This document shows, piece after piece, positions 1 to 13,286 of a stretch of 49,409 bases of DNA (positions are counted from its first letter, which is position 1; every line of letters begins with the position of its first letter). The stretch covers positions 32,033,459-32,082,867 of the forward strand of contig NC_068997.1 of the NCBI RefSeq assembly GCF_001194135.2, read 5' to 3'. The notes under the pieces were generated by a model that ran no database searches, was not told the DNA's origin, and worked only from the letters and a program-made list of their open reading frames with translations. A program made the position numbers and the translations under genes. This DNA is from Octopus bimaculoides. Taxonomy: Eukaryota.

Positions 1-149
1 ATATATATATATATACTGTATCTAATTTATAATAAAATTATACAAAATATAGTGTATAATACGTGTCTTTGTTCATATATTGCGTGTTTATTGTATCTGC
101 ATTTGAATGTTGCACACAAACACAGTACACATCTGAAATGTACTTTGCA

Positions 150-194
<45 letters not shown>

Positions 195-204
195 NNNNNN
201 NNNN

Positions 205-245
<41 letters not shown>

Positions 246-3200
246 GCGTGAGCGTTGCAAGTACACAATAATTCTTACAAAAAAGCCTGTATATGTTCTG
301 GGGAGTGTATTCGTATATATACTAACGCGTGTGTGTTGCTAGTCCATGGATATATATGCTTGTATTAATAGATTCATTTCAAAATTTTAATTAATGCATG
401 GTGTCCACGGAAGCACAATCTCACTCATAAATATAGAATTCCATGAATGGACACTACGAAAGTAGTAGTAGTAGTAGTAGTAGTTATTCTTCATTTGTGT
501 AATATGACAAACAGCAATAATATATATATATATCCATTGTTCAATTTGTAATAGTGGATTTAAAAAATACTGTTCAACTTAAATTTCACATCAAGTTCAA
601 GTATCATATCACGACACTTCAAGCCAACACCCACATACTACGTAGCCATAACAACACAAAATAACATCAGTGTATGTGACATATTATAGTACATATGACA
701 TTGTTACATCTTAGTACCGCATATTTCATAATACATGACGATATTACATCATAGCATATAGTACGTGATATTACATCATAGTAGTAGGCACACCAAAGTA
801 TCGCCAATACAGCCACAGCCGAATGGGCTGAAAGTCAACAATCCCCAGCTTACAAGACACTAGATAACTCGATTTGCTACAAATAGCTGGCAAATCTTGT
901 ATACTACTCACGGTTTCTATGGAAAACAGGAAGACACTATAATATTGTCGCAGATAAAAAAAAAAAATTAAAAAAGATGAGATGGTCAGAGTTGGCCTGT
1001 TTAACCAGGAGTAGTCGATCTAAGGCTAAACAACAACTAATACTATTATTACAATAACAATTGCAATCTGAATCTCGGGTTTAATTCGTTATAGAATAAT
1101 CTCATTATTCATCTCATTATTCTTTCCTCTTACGCACTATTTGCACTCCCTCTTTATATCATATCTCATTTTCACCTACTCTCACCTTCTTCCTATCTGA
1201 CTTTCGATTTTGTTCTTTACTAATCCCTCTATCCTATTTTTTTTCTCCCTATCTTTCTATCTCTTCGTTTTCTCACTTTCACTTGGGTCTTTCTCTCACT
1301 CTCTCGCCATGTATGGCTATCTCTCCCATGGCTTGCCTGCAGTCGGTTGCTCCAGAGAGTTTTTTTATGAAAAGCATTTCAGTCATAACTAACTCATCTT
1401 TAATACATAACAAGGGCCACATTCACTAATGCATCCTTCCCAATTTAAAACAGTAGAACGTTATTTCAAGGTATATAGCTGCTATTGCTAGAAAGTCGAA
1501 CGATCGCGTAGAGAAAGGCGTCTTCGTTGATTCGCCTGCTGCTGTTCAAAACAAGAAGGATGGCGAGACCCGAACTAGCCACAAGCCATTACACGGAGTG
1601 ATGTCTGAGCTGCTTGAGTGCTAGCTCCCGTAGCTGCAGGCGAAGTTATGTAGTAGACGAGACGGCGTCGGCCATTCTATCAGCAGACGACCGACCGACC
1701 AACCAGACTAGACGACGAGGAGGAACGGATTAGGCGAGAGAGGGGCGGGTAAAGGAGAGAATATCTAACACGGAGGGAGAGAAAGAATAAAGAGGAGTTA
1801 GGAGGAGTAGAAAAAAGGCGTGTAAGATAAACGAGAGGGAGATACAAGAGGGGAAGAAAGTATACGAGAAAGGAGGAAGAGGAGTTAGACGCAATGAAAG
1901 AGAAGAGTGAAGAAGTAATTTTGAAAGCGATTTATACACGTAATGGAAGAGAAAAATAGATAAATGCAGAGGGAAAGGAATAGATACAGTAAAAGTGATA
2001 GCGTTAGATTAAGAAGTTTATTGGGTAAAAGGAGCATCGTCAGATAAATTGAGAGGTAGATAACGTATAAAAAATAAGAATGAAAAATATAAAACTGCGG
2101 GTTGAAGGTGATTATATAGGTATCGACAGAAGGATTAAGTTAGAAACATTAAATTGCAGACAAAGTAGGGATAAAGCGTGTAAAAAACCCAAGAAAAATG
2201 AATATGAATATGTTTGAGAAAATTATTTTCCGTTATATCCCTTTAATTTAATTTCCAATTAATGGTGGAAATTTCCAAGAATTTTTTCGTTGCTGAGAAA
2301 ATCTGTATAACCGTAGGAATTCAGTCCAATTTTGTTTTGACAGTGGTATACAAACTATTCCAACATTGCACGTGTATATGTGTAATAAGGGAAATAACTC
2401 AAGTGGGTCAATGACATGAATTTAGACTAAAAGTCAAGGGTATATGTATGAATGACGTACGTAAGAAATGAAATGAAATTACCTCTTAGTTGGAGAGGGA
2501 AAGCTAAATTGGCAGAATTGTCAGTAACTGCCAAAGAAGAGGGGATTAATTTTAAGGAGAAATTTCATGTTTGCAAGAAAAAAAACCTTGCCGATTGATC
2601 GAAACAAACTCAGACTATGCTAAGCTGATGACATCAACACGCTCCAAATATATCCTTAATTATCCCCTTGCCTGACAACAGATTTTTGCATCTATATCAT
2701 CCTGCTACAGTTTAGATATATTGAATGAAATAGAATACATTATATATACACAAATATGTAGATTATTCTTAAGAAAATTGACGGACAAGCTTTGGAAGAC
2801 AATTTGTTTGTAGACACAACATTTAGGATATTATAAATCGATTTAAGATTTTTCTAAAGTGTCATCAACGTAGTCTTAGCAAAATAATAGTAATAGCTTA
2901 CGTTTTCATAACTAACATCGTTTAAAGCTTTTACTAGATTAATCACAATGGAAAGTGAGCCAATACGTAGCTTTTTCAAGGTGTGTTAACTTCTTGATGC
3001 AATGATAAAATAGATAACAACTCTCAAAGTAGAATAGGTGACAAGTATAACAAAGAACATGTTTCTTTCATAAGCGTTCATTTTCACCACCATCTGTGTA
3101 CATTTTTCAATCTCAAGAATCAAACGCCTTATAAAATATTATTTCAAAATAATAATAATCTACAGTTCCCTATACACTTCCAAAAATCTTTATGGTCTTC

Positions 3201-3427
3201 AAAATAACCTTGTAAATTTTACGGATATGGCTAGTTCACATTAAGTTTTGTGAAATTAAAACTTAATGTCTTAAAATTATTTCCCTTCGTCTTTCAGGGT
3301 TACTAACAATGACCACTAGGTTGTCATTTTTTTTTTCTTCTAGGAGAATTTTAATTAAGAATCTTCGGCACACGTTATGCAGTACATCATTCTTTAACAT
3401 ATTTGTATAACACCTCTAAGGTAGTAC

Positions 3428-3502
3428 TTGATATATGGCGTAGAGCTAGTTGATATATGGCGTAGAGCTAGTTGATATATGGCGTAGAGCTAGTTGATAT
3501 AT
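3428..3502. repeat. 22-bp perfect minisatellite, 3.4 copies
   Basis: TTGATATATGGCGTAGAGCTAG at 3428, 3450 and 3472, with a partial copy at 3494. Confidence 0.95.
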
Positions 3503-4520
3503 TTGTATACATAATCCTCAGTTAAAATTTGTGTGCATGTATATGGTGTCTAGCTACACATGGGCTCCACAAAGCGCATCTTAACTCCTCACAACTAAGT
3601 GTTCAACGAATAATTTAAAAATTAAATGGGACACAACTAAACGACAATTAATAACACAAAAAAAAAACAATTAATAACACACCAGAGAAACGTGGATATC
3701 TATCTCTCTACCCATCTATCTACCTACTCATCTATTTGTTTGAGAGATAGGTCTCAGTGAAGTTTGCCAACAGACGATAAAGACGAGTGACTATCGCCTG
3801 TAATAATGAGCTCAAGGCAAGCGGAATTCCCAGGACGAGAGATAATAAGCATATGATAACATTTATTACACTGTTAGTACCTTCGGGAAAGGCATGAACG
3901 TTATACATTCCCCTACCTTTCAGAAAATGAAATCAATATCACCATTATCTACATGAGTATTTCATTACTTAGAATTACTACTACTAGTGGTCCTTAGCAA
4001 AGTGCAACAGCTGGCATATAGATCAAATATGTCCCATACTGGTAGTGAACATGGTGTTATTCTTTGGAAAATTCTACGGAGGGTGAATATAAATTTGCTC
4101 AGGTTTTATCATTTTTGTTTTATATTTATATTTCTGGCACATGCAACTAAGGCTAGTAAGCCTTCGTTTGGTAAATAACTGTATTTCATACTGCTTTCAA
4201 GTATATATATACACACTCGGTTTCAAAAAGACTTCCCTTAGCCAAAATCCACAAGCTCATAATTTAATCTAGACAGGAAATTGGTCTCTTTGCGTTGTCA
4301 AGCAATTTAGTTATTCAGGCACCACCATGTCAGATAATCTGGCTCTCAATGCACAAGTAAATAACAGAATTGGCAAAAATATCGGTAATCTCCGCTGTCT
4401 TATGCAGGCATGTACATACACACACACACCGATGATGAAGCAAAACTGCGCCTCAAAGACTCATCAGAAGCGATGTAACGAAAGACTTAATATAGTGGAG
4501 GTAGTACAAAGACAAACAGT

Positions 4521-4561
<41 letters not shown>

Positions 4562-4909
4562 CCCCACCCCCAGGGATTGTATTCTATTGTATTGTTTAAT
4601 GGTTTTTAACATTCCCGCCGACTTCACTCTGTATAAAAACTGACCAGTCAACAGTCGAAAATTAGCAGCGTTATAAAAGCTCAACATGCACATCGTATTT
4701 TTGCCACAAAAAATTCCTCTGCTTAGGAAAACTAAATATAGAATGTCATATTTATTCTGATGTATAGTATACTTGACTTACTTTCTTCGTGACAAACGTA
4801 TTAAGACTTCGTTATATCTTATATGTATAGTACTGATTATACACAAACACACACGAGTTATTTGCTACAAACTAAAATAATGTTCTTGTTACTCTTACAA
4901 TGAAATAAT

Positions 4910-5255
4910 CGTCTGTATGGTTTACAAAGTTGCTTCCCAACGATGTGGTCTTGGGTTCAGTCCCAGTACCCGGTACCTTGAGCAACTATTCTCTACTATA
5001 GCCCCTGGCCGAACACAGCCTTTTGATGCATTTGGTAGGCGGATACTGAAAGAATCCCGTCGTATGCATGTATATGACTGCGTCCGTATTTGCTCTCCAC
5101 CACTACTTGACAACCGGAGTTGGTATGTTTACGTCCTCGTAACTTAGCGATGGAATAAGTACCAGGCTTTCAAAAACATTAAGTAGCGGGATAGATTCTT
5201 CAAGATAGTGTCCCAGCATGTCTGCAGTCCAATGACTAAAGCAAGTAAAAAGACA
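4910..5255 (+). mobile_element. SINE family A, old copy
   Basis: Degenerate match to 42262-42672 across head, core and tail. Confidence 0.75.
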
Positions 5256-5320
5256 TACAAATGCACACAAATGCAAGGGCTCAATGTTTTCTCCATCATG
5301 TTAGCAAGGTTACATATATA

Positions 5321-5703
5321 CAGTGATATCTAGCAGTACGAGTTTAATTCGTTCCATGATCGTTCCTTACGATTTACTCGTTTTACAAATTAATTTTTCC
5401 CACTGACATTAACTAAAATATAATTAATCCGTTCCAACCCCACAAAACCACTCCAAAATAATTTTCTATGAGTTTTAAAACAGTAAAGGTGTAGCTACAA
5501 GTAAAATGACAATTATAAAATAGAAATTGCAAAAGAAATATGTAAGCTAGTTTTATTAACTGAATTGCCTTAAAGATAGGATGATTTCTGTGCTCGTACT
5601 GCGAATTTCCGCTCGTACTTCAAGACAAAAATTCGCACACGAGTCTCGGCTCGTACAGCAAATTACTTGAACAACAGTACACTCGAACTGCAAGGTTCTA
5701 CTC

Positions 5704-5704
<1 letters not shown>
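5321..5704. mobile_element. Degenerate pogo/Tigger-like MITE
   Basis: The left end is TA|CAGTGATATCTAGCAGTACGAGT. GCAGTACGAGT (5333-5343) is complementary to ACTCGAACTGC (5681-5691) at 10/11 positions, and the right end is AAGGTTCTACTCTG. GCTCGTAC recurs internally and there is no coding capacity. Confidence 0.55.
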
Positions 5705-5753
<49 letters not shown>

Positions 5754-5875
5754 TAGGTAGGTAGGTAGGTAAATAGATAGATAGATAAACTTACTTGGAA
5801 ATGGATACGTGACGTTCAATCTTATAATATATATATATAGATACATATATGTATGTATATACATGCATATATACT

Positions 5876-6156
5876 CTTTTACTCTTTTACTTGTTTCAGT
5901 CATTTAACTGCGGCCATGCTGGAGCACCGCCTTTAGTCGAGCAAATCGACCCCAGGACTTATTCTTTAGAAGCCTAGTACTTATTCTATCGGTCTCTTTT
6001 GCCGAACCGCAAAGTTACGGGGACATAAACACACCAGCATCGGTTGTCAAGCGATGTTGGGGGGACAAACACAGACACATACATACATACATATATATAT
6101 ATATATACATATATACGACGGGCTTCTTTCAGTTTCCGTCTACCAAATCCACTCAC
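5876..6156 (-). mobile_element. SINE family A, young copy, head lost in gap
   Basis: Close reverse-complement match to the family A core and tail, ending in (CTCTTTTA)2. Confidence 0.85.
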
Positions 6157-7142
6157 NNNNNNNNNNNNNNNNNNNNNNNNNNNNNNNNNNNNNNNNNNNN
6201 NNNNNNNNNNNNNNNNNNNNNNNNNNNNNNNNNNNNNNNNNNNNNNNNNNNNNNNNNNNNNNNNNNNNNNNNNNNNNNNNNNNNNNNNNNNNNNNNNNNN
6301 NNNNNNNNNNNNNNNNNNNNNNNNNNNNNNNNNNNNNNNNNNNNNNNNNNNNNNNNNNNNNNNNNNNNNNNNNNNNNNNNNNNNNNNNNNNNNNNNNNNN
6401 NNNNNNNNNNNNNNNNNNNNNNNNNNNNNNNNNNNNNNNNNNNNNNNNNNNNNNNNNNNNNNNNNNNNNNNNNNNNNNNNNNNNNNNNNNNNNNNNNNNN
6501 NNNNNNNNNNNNNNNNNNNNNNNNNNNNNNNNNNNNNNNNNNNNNNNNNNNNNNNNNNNNNNNNNNNNNNNNNNNNNNNNNNNNNNNNNNNNNNNNNNNN
6601 NNNNNNNNNNNNNNNNNNNNNNNNNNNNNNNNNNNNNNNNNNNNNNNNNNNNNNNNNNNNNNNNNNNNNNNNNNNNNNNNNNNNNNNNNNNNNNNNNNNN
6701 NNNNNNNNNNNNNNNNNNNNNNNNNNNNNNNNNNNNNNNNNNNNNNNNNNNNNNNNNNNNNNNNNNNNNNNNNNNNNNNNNNNNNNNNNNNNNNNNNNNN
6801 NNNNNNNNNNNNNNNNNNNNNNNNNNNNNNNNNNNNNNNNNNNNNNNNNNNNNNNNNNNNNNNNNNNNNNNNNNNNNNNNNNNNNNNNNNNNNNNNNNNN
6901 NNNNNNNNNNNNNNNNNNNNNNNNNNNNNNNNNNNNNNNNNNNNNNNNNNNNNNNNNNNNNNNNNNNNNNNNNNNNNNNNNNNNNNNNNNNNNNNNNNNN
7001 NNNNNNNNNNNNNNNNNNNNNNNNNNNNNNNNNNNNNNNNNNNNNNNNNNNNNNNNNNNNNNNNNNNNNNNNNNNNNNNNNNNNNNNNNNNNNNNNNNNN
7101 NNNNNNNNNNNNNNNNNNNNNNNNNNNNNNNNNNNNNNNNNN
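6157..7142. other. Assembly gap (others: 195-204, 13984-14795, 29441-29813, 34987-35608, 37453-38228, 45508-46423, 47603-47731)
   Basis: Runs of N, almost all flanked by microsatellites or SINEs. Confidence 0.99.
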
Positions 7143-7200
7143 AAAGCCGGTAAGATGTTTGAGCAAATTCGGTTAATTCCAACCACCACTAAATATAGTT

Positions 7201-7512
7201 TAGGTGCAGGCGTGGCTGTGTAGTAAGAAGCTTGCTTCCCAGCCACATGGTTCCGGGTTCAGTCCCACTGCATCGCACCTTGGGCAAGTGTCTCCTACTA
7301 TAAGCCTCAGGCCGACCAAAACCTTGAGTGGATTTGGTAGACGGAAACTGAAAGAAGCCCGTCGTATGTGTGTGTGACCACAGCTTTAAAACTGGTGTTG
7401 ATCTGTTTACGTCCCTGTTAAATAGCAGTTCGGCAAAAGACGGATAGAATAAAGCTTCAAAAAAAAAAAAAAAAACCACAGGAGTCGAGTCACTCGACTA
7501 AAATTTCAAGGC
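7201..7512 (+). mobile_element. SINE family A
   Basis: TAGGTGCAGGCGTGGCTGTGTAGTAAGAAGCTTGCTTCCC head followed by the family core. Confidence 0.8.
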
Positions 7513-8206
7513 GAAGATATTAAAAAATTCATGAAATTTTGTAAATTTTACTTATTTACCTGTTGCATGGTGAAGGATTTTTCAGTTTCTCACCTATTTA
7601 GCATGAAATATGATGACCCTGTGATTGGGTGTTTAAAAGGTCGATTTTTTTAATGTTCAAATGTCTGAACATATTCAAGAAAGCTTTATCGGACAGGAAC
7701 AGTGTAATTTCAAACAACGATTTCGTAAAGCTTGAAAAAATTAAATACGAAATTATATTTTCTCTACCAGTATTTCCATAATTGAAAATATCGTAAAGTA
7801 AGTCCCTAGACATTTAATTTTTACTGATTTCTGACTACCTTTTAATTGATGTGGGAGGTCTCATGCTGTTTCCATATGGCAAGAACATAATCTCACCGTT
7901 GAAAATTCTAGATCATCTTCCAAGTTTTCTAAATTCAAAATTCGAAAATTGCTAAGAGAATTTTGAAATATGCAAGAACCAACTGAACAGCTATTTTTTA
8001 ATCTTTTCCTTTCTTTTCTTTCGTACTTTCTTTCTTTCTTTATTTTTTGCTATTGATGAAGAATACTTGGAAGTTCTTGGTAGCACAAATTAAGGGCTAT
8101 TACATTTTTATTCATTATTGATTAACGTATAGATGAAAAAAACTGTTCGAATAATTAGACTTTACGTCAGCTTTATTTTCAAAAAAAAAAATACAGTTGA
8201 CAATTA

Positions 8207-8339
8207 TAGGCGCAGGCGTGGCTGTGTGGTTAAGAAGATTGCTTCCCAACCACAAGGTTTTGGGTTCAGTCCTATAGCCTCAGGCCGACCAAAACCTTGT
8301 GAGTAGATTTGGTAAACGGAAACTGAAAGAAGTCCGTCG

Positions 8340-8377
<38 letters not shown>

Positions 8378-8606
8378 CACACACATGTATATTGTGTGTG
8401 TCTGTATTTGTCCACCACCACTGCCGCTTGACAACCGGTGTTGGTGTGTGTTCACATCCTTGTAACTTAGTGGTACGGCAAAAGAGACCGATATAATAAT
8501 ACAAGGCTTAAAAAAGTCTTGGGGTTTATTTGTTCGACTAAAACTTTTCAAGGTGGTGCCCCAGCATGGACGCAGCCAAATAACTGAAACAAGTCAAAGA
8601 TAAAAT
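8207..8606 (+). mobile_element. SINE family A
   Basis: Full head, internal (TA)n and tail. Confidence 0.8.
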
Positions 8607-9629
8607 TCTTTAACTCTTTTAGAAAGAAAATCACTGAACTGAACAAACTACTATAAATAGTTTTCCCTTTTCCTTTCTTTTTTACGTCGTGGTGTCCCAT
8701 TTAAGAACCTGAAGTGATAATGCAATTGCAATGACAGGATCAAATAGTCTGACAATCTTCTGGAGCAGAAAATGCCATATCTTTTTGTACAAAGCTAGAT
8801 AGTGACATTCAGTCATGCATTATGTACGTCCTAAGTTCTGAACTTTCCAACTTAATTATTCTGATTTGTCACGTAACTAAAACACAAAACAAAAATTAAC
8901 TAAATATGCAAAATATCTCCAATTTATCTAGACCGATCCCTAAAAAAAAATTTACATCAGAACTGAATTTGCTGATTATCTTTTCAGTTAAGATAAAATA
9001 AATTTGGAGTTTCAAGCTGAGGGCTTCAGAGTTCATAGACTGCCTGCTTTTATCAAGAGTAGCATGAAAGGTATCATTGTTAATTTTATTGAGAGAGAAC
9101 TAAAGACGCAGAAATATCGAATGTTATCGTTAGTAATTCTTCGATTTAAAGAAAGAAGTGAAAGTATCTTTCTAAAATACTTTAAGAACTCGTAGAATAC
9201 CAAACTGTAGCAACAGTTCGCTCCGTCAAGAATGTTCACTAATTAACAACTACTTGAAGCACTAGGTCTACAAATTATGTCTCAAGGACAGCCGTCTGCA
9301 ATTATAGCATTGGCCGTGACATATCCTCGTATTAGACAGGATTCAAATTATGGGGAATTTCAATAGAGAATGACAAAAGTTAACTTGGCAAAGGAAAAGA
9401 ATTTCAGAACCAGAGAAATACTGGTATTATATTTCTCGAGAAAAAAAAATGTAGGTATAAACTTCGTTTTTCAATTATCTTGAAAGAATTTGCTAGCACT
9501 GCCACATTCTTCAGTCGCAAAATAAAGGCCGTTTTCAGAAGTATTAAAATAAGAGATAGTTCGTACCTGCATACAGAAATACTTTATTGCAGCAGCAGTA
9601 GTTGTAGTAGTAGGTTCAAATTTTTGTTT

Positions 9630-9760
9630 AAGGCCAGCAGTTTCGAGGGAGGGAATAAGTCGATTACATCGATACCAGTGCCCAACTGGTACTTATTTTA
9701 TCGACTCCGAAGCAAAGTCGACCTCGGAGAAATTTCAACTCGGAACGTAAAAATAATTTC
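9630..9760 (-). mobile_element. SINE family B fragment (another lies at about 15150-15240)
   Basis: CTGGTACTTATTTTATCGAC...AAAGTCGACCTCGG..AATTT.AACTC. Confidence 0.7.
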
Positions 9761-10034
9761 TTTTATTAGGCGATGATGATGATGAAGGAAGCTAAACTGC
9801 ATACCAATGAAGAAGAAAATCGTACAGAAATGAAAAATCTATGTATACGTACACATATATGTGGGAGCTGCAAGGTAAGAAAACTAGACAGGTGTACATC
9901 CCTACCACACATCACTTATAGTAGAGGAGAGAAAACAGTAGGTGATATAGACATAGAAAGTGGAAGAAATAATAGTTGAGGCAACAGCAAATACATACAC
10001 ACACGTGCGTTTGAATGTGTGAGCGTGTACATAG

Positions 10035-10094
<60 letters not shown>

Positions 10095-10219
10095 AAAGAT
10101 AGAAGGGGAAAGAGAAACTAGTGATGAAATGGGAAGGAGAGATAAGTGGAACATGGACAGACATCGCAAGTTGTAGAAGATCCCAGAAACTACTGTTGCT
10201 GACAATGACAGAAGTGATT

Positions 10220-10323
10220 ACTACTACTGCTCCTAACATTACTACTACTACTACTACTACTGTTCCTATCATTACTACTACTACTGCTCCTATCATTATT
10301 ACTACTACTACTGCTCCTATCAT

Positions 10324-10369
<46 letters not shown>

Positions 10370-10465
10370 GCTCCTATCATTACTACTACTACTACTACCG
10401 CTCTTATCATTAGTACTACTACTACTACTACTACTATTATTACTACAACTACTATTATTACTGCT
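10220..10465. repeat. (ACT)n-based compound repeat with recurring GCTCCTATCATT interruptions
   Basis: Units of (ACT)n-GCTCCTATCATT recur at least five times. Confidence 0.9.
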
Positions 10466-12104
10466 GCTGTTGCAGTACTTGCTGATATTACATACGCACA
10501 CACTGAATGGCTTTGAACAATGACACGCTCATGCAATATATATCTACACACATAGACACACATAGGAGGGAGAGATGTGCCTTAGAAATGGTGAGGGAAG
10601 GTAGAATAACGATCACATAACAGGTAAACCGGCTTACTTAAATTTGAAAGGAGCACAAACGTAAGAGACAGAGGGATGAGGAAGGATGTCTAAGTATTAA
10701 CCCTGCACAGAATTTGACACACATAGAGAAACACACACACACACACACACTAGATACTATTTATTGCAAATGTAGATGCGTTATGCGTTCATAGTAGAGA
10801 AGAAAAGGGTGACAAAAGAGATGTAGAAATACCAAGTTTTAGATAAAAGACAGAGTGACTGAAAAGAGTAAGAAGTTTTAATAGAAAGAAGAAAACAAGA
10901 AACATGACGATTGATTGGGGAGTATTGAAAAAAGATATGAGAGGTTGAATGGGAGATAGGTGATAATAGTTAGATATTTGTGTGTATGTATGTATATATA
11001 TATATATATATATATATACTCAGACATCTCAAAAGTAGACAACCCTTTTATATATCGTATATACATATATGTATATCCGATGAGTGTGTGTATACACACA
11101 CATGTATGTGTATATTATGTGTGTGTGTGTGTATAAATATATACATATGTAGGGTATCTGTTTTTGTGCTGTATGTGTGTATATGTGTGCTTGTGTGTAC
11201 GAAAGCGTGGCTAGGAATATTAATATACATGAGACCGTAAAGTAAGGATACAGGAAAGCAAAAGTAGGAGAGGGTGGGCGAGAGATACAGAAATGTGGAG
11301 AAGAGACTAGAATGCTTATAACAGAAAGCGGGTTTGTAAGTGACTAGGGGACTAGTCTGTAACACATAGTGGGGTGGGTATAATTGTTGGTGTGCATGTG
11401 TGTCCGTGTGTGTAATAGAGGCGCGTACACAACCACACACATAAGCTATATTAAAGACCGAAGTAATATTCAGATATTATTTTTTTTAAAAAGTGAATAC
11501 TAAACGGAGAGATGAAGAAAGCGATTGTGAAAAGGCTGGACACGAACTGTGAGAGATATTGTAAGAAAGAGAGTTAATAAACTCGAGGAAGATGAGAACG
11601 ATGTCTACCGAGAGAGAGATATAAAGGGAAACATGGAAAAGCAAGAGGATGAGTGAAAAAAGATGTCTAGAAATAGTGCATATAAATGAGTGAGTGTTTG
11701 AGAGAAAGAGATTAAATACAGAAGGAATATGGAGGAAGAGAATATTTTCTAAAAAGTGTAGATAAGAATAGACAACTATAAAGAAAGAGTAAAGGTGAAA
11801 GTTAGAAAGAGAGAGTAGGAAAGAGTGAGAGAGACTTGTATATATAAATAACTAATACATGACAGTAGAGTAGTAAAGGGAGAGGTGAGCCACAAAGGAA
11901 GTAGCAGTTTGGTGCGCTTGAGAGAGGAAGAGGGGGTAATTAAGGTCACTGCTGGTTTATTTGGTAGATGTTATATCATAACCTACACACACAGAGAAGG
12001 AACGAGTAAGGTGCGTGTGCGCATGTAAGTGGTATGCATACACACACGTGCATATATATATGTACTATATGTGTGTGCGTGTGTGACAAACACATACACA
12101 CGGG

Positions 12105-12380
12105 TGAAGCTTCGAGCTTACAATCGTGAGGTTGTGAGTTCGATTCCTTGACCGGGCTTAGTTGTGTCTTGAGCAAGACACTTTATTTCACATTATTCCA
12201 ATTCAGTTAGCTGTTTCGGCCTTTGCCATTACCTTGGACAACATCAGTGGCGTGAAGAGGGGAGACTGGTATGCATGAGTGACTGCTGGCCTTTCACAAA
12301 CAAACCCGGAGTTGTGCTGTGAAGGGGAACTTTCTAGATAACATGGTCATTTGTCACCGAAAGAAGTCTTTACCTTTTAT
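12105..12380 (+). mobile_element. tRNA-derived SINE, fourth family
   Basis: Box-B-like GAGTTCGATTCC, followed by GTTGTGTCTTGAGCAAGACACTTTATTTCAC and a (TTACCT)-type tail. Confidence 0.6.
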
Positions 12381-12384
12381 ACAC

Positions 12385-12998
12385 ACACACATTGTTTTAT
12401 TATTTTACCTGCGGCCATGCTGAAGCACCGCCTTTAGTCGAACAAATCGCTCCCTTTTGCCGAACCGGTAAGTTACATACCAACATCGGTTGTCAAGCAC
12501 CTTGGTAGCACTACGTCGGTTGCGGCGACGAGGGTTCCAGTTGATCCGATCAACGGAACAGCCTGCTCGTGAAATTAACGTGCAAGTGGGTGAGCACTCC
12601 ACAGACACGTGTACCCTTAATGTAGTTCTCAGGGAGATTCAGCGAGACACAGAGTGTAACAAGGCTGCCCCTTAAAATACAGATACAACAGAAACAAGAA
12701 GAAAGAGTGAGAGAAAGTTGTGGTGAAAGAGTACAGCAGGGTTCACCCCCTCCCCCTGCCGGAGCCGTTAGATTCACTTAATTTAAATTTAATTTCCAAA
12801 ATATTTTCGTCGCTTTGAGACCGAAACCTGTTCACCGAAAAATTCCGTGCTGCATTGTTTTATATATATATATGGATATATATATATATATACGACGGGC
12901 TTCTTTCAGTTTCCGTTTACCAAATCCATTCAGAAGACTATATAGAATCCGGAACCATGTGGTTGGGAAGCAAACTTCTTACCACACAACCACTCCAG
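12385..12998 (-). mobile_element. SINE family A split by insertions (head 12998-12891, tail 12501-12385)
   Basis: The two halves are collinear with the reference copy, and unrelated repeats occupy 12503-12856. Confidence 0.65.
12503..12770 (+). mobile_element. SINE-like family D (further copies at 28660-28830 plus strand and 41990-42170 minus strand)
   Basis: GTTGATCCGATCAACGGAACAGCCTGCTCGTGAAATTAACGTGCAAGTGG.TGAGCACTCCACAGACACG is shared by three loci. Confidence 0.8.
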
Positions 12999-13014
12999 CA
13001 TCTATATATATATA

Positions 13015-13061
<47 letters not shown>

Positions 13062-13244
13062 GGGTGTGTGTAATAGTATACAGAGGGAGAGATGTAGACA
13101 TAGATACACAGCTGGCTAGTGTATCAAATATTAGAGATATGTAGACAGCCAGACTTTCTCCATCCTGTCTGTCTCTCTCAACCACACAATGAGAGAAAGA
13201 TAATAATACTAGCCATGCAATGCGTGTATTTGCGTATATTTATA

Positions 13245-13286
<42 letters not shown>

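Noticed and set aside
4440-4470. CTGATGA-GTC-TTTGA-GGC hammerhead-like start on the minus strand
   Set aside because: GAAA is replaced by GCAG and I could not form stems I and III.
10121-10516. 131-aa Thr-rich mucin-like ORF (TTTTTAPII repeats) and the overlapping poly-Val and poly-Ser ORFs
   Set aside because: All frames are open because of the (ACT)n repeat. There is no signal peptide or splice context, and it lies inside the ski intron.
12790-12856. Hairpin ending in GACGAAA resembling a ribozyme stem II
   Set aside because: There is no CUGANGA-like core upstream.
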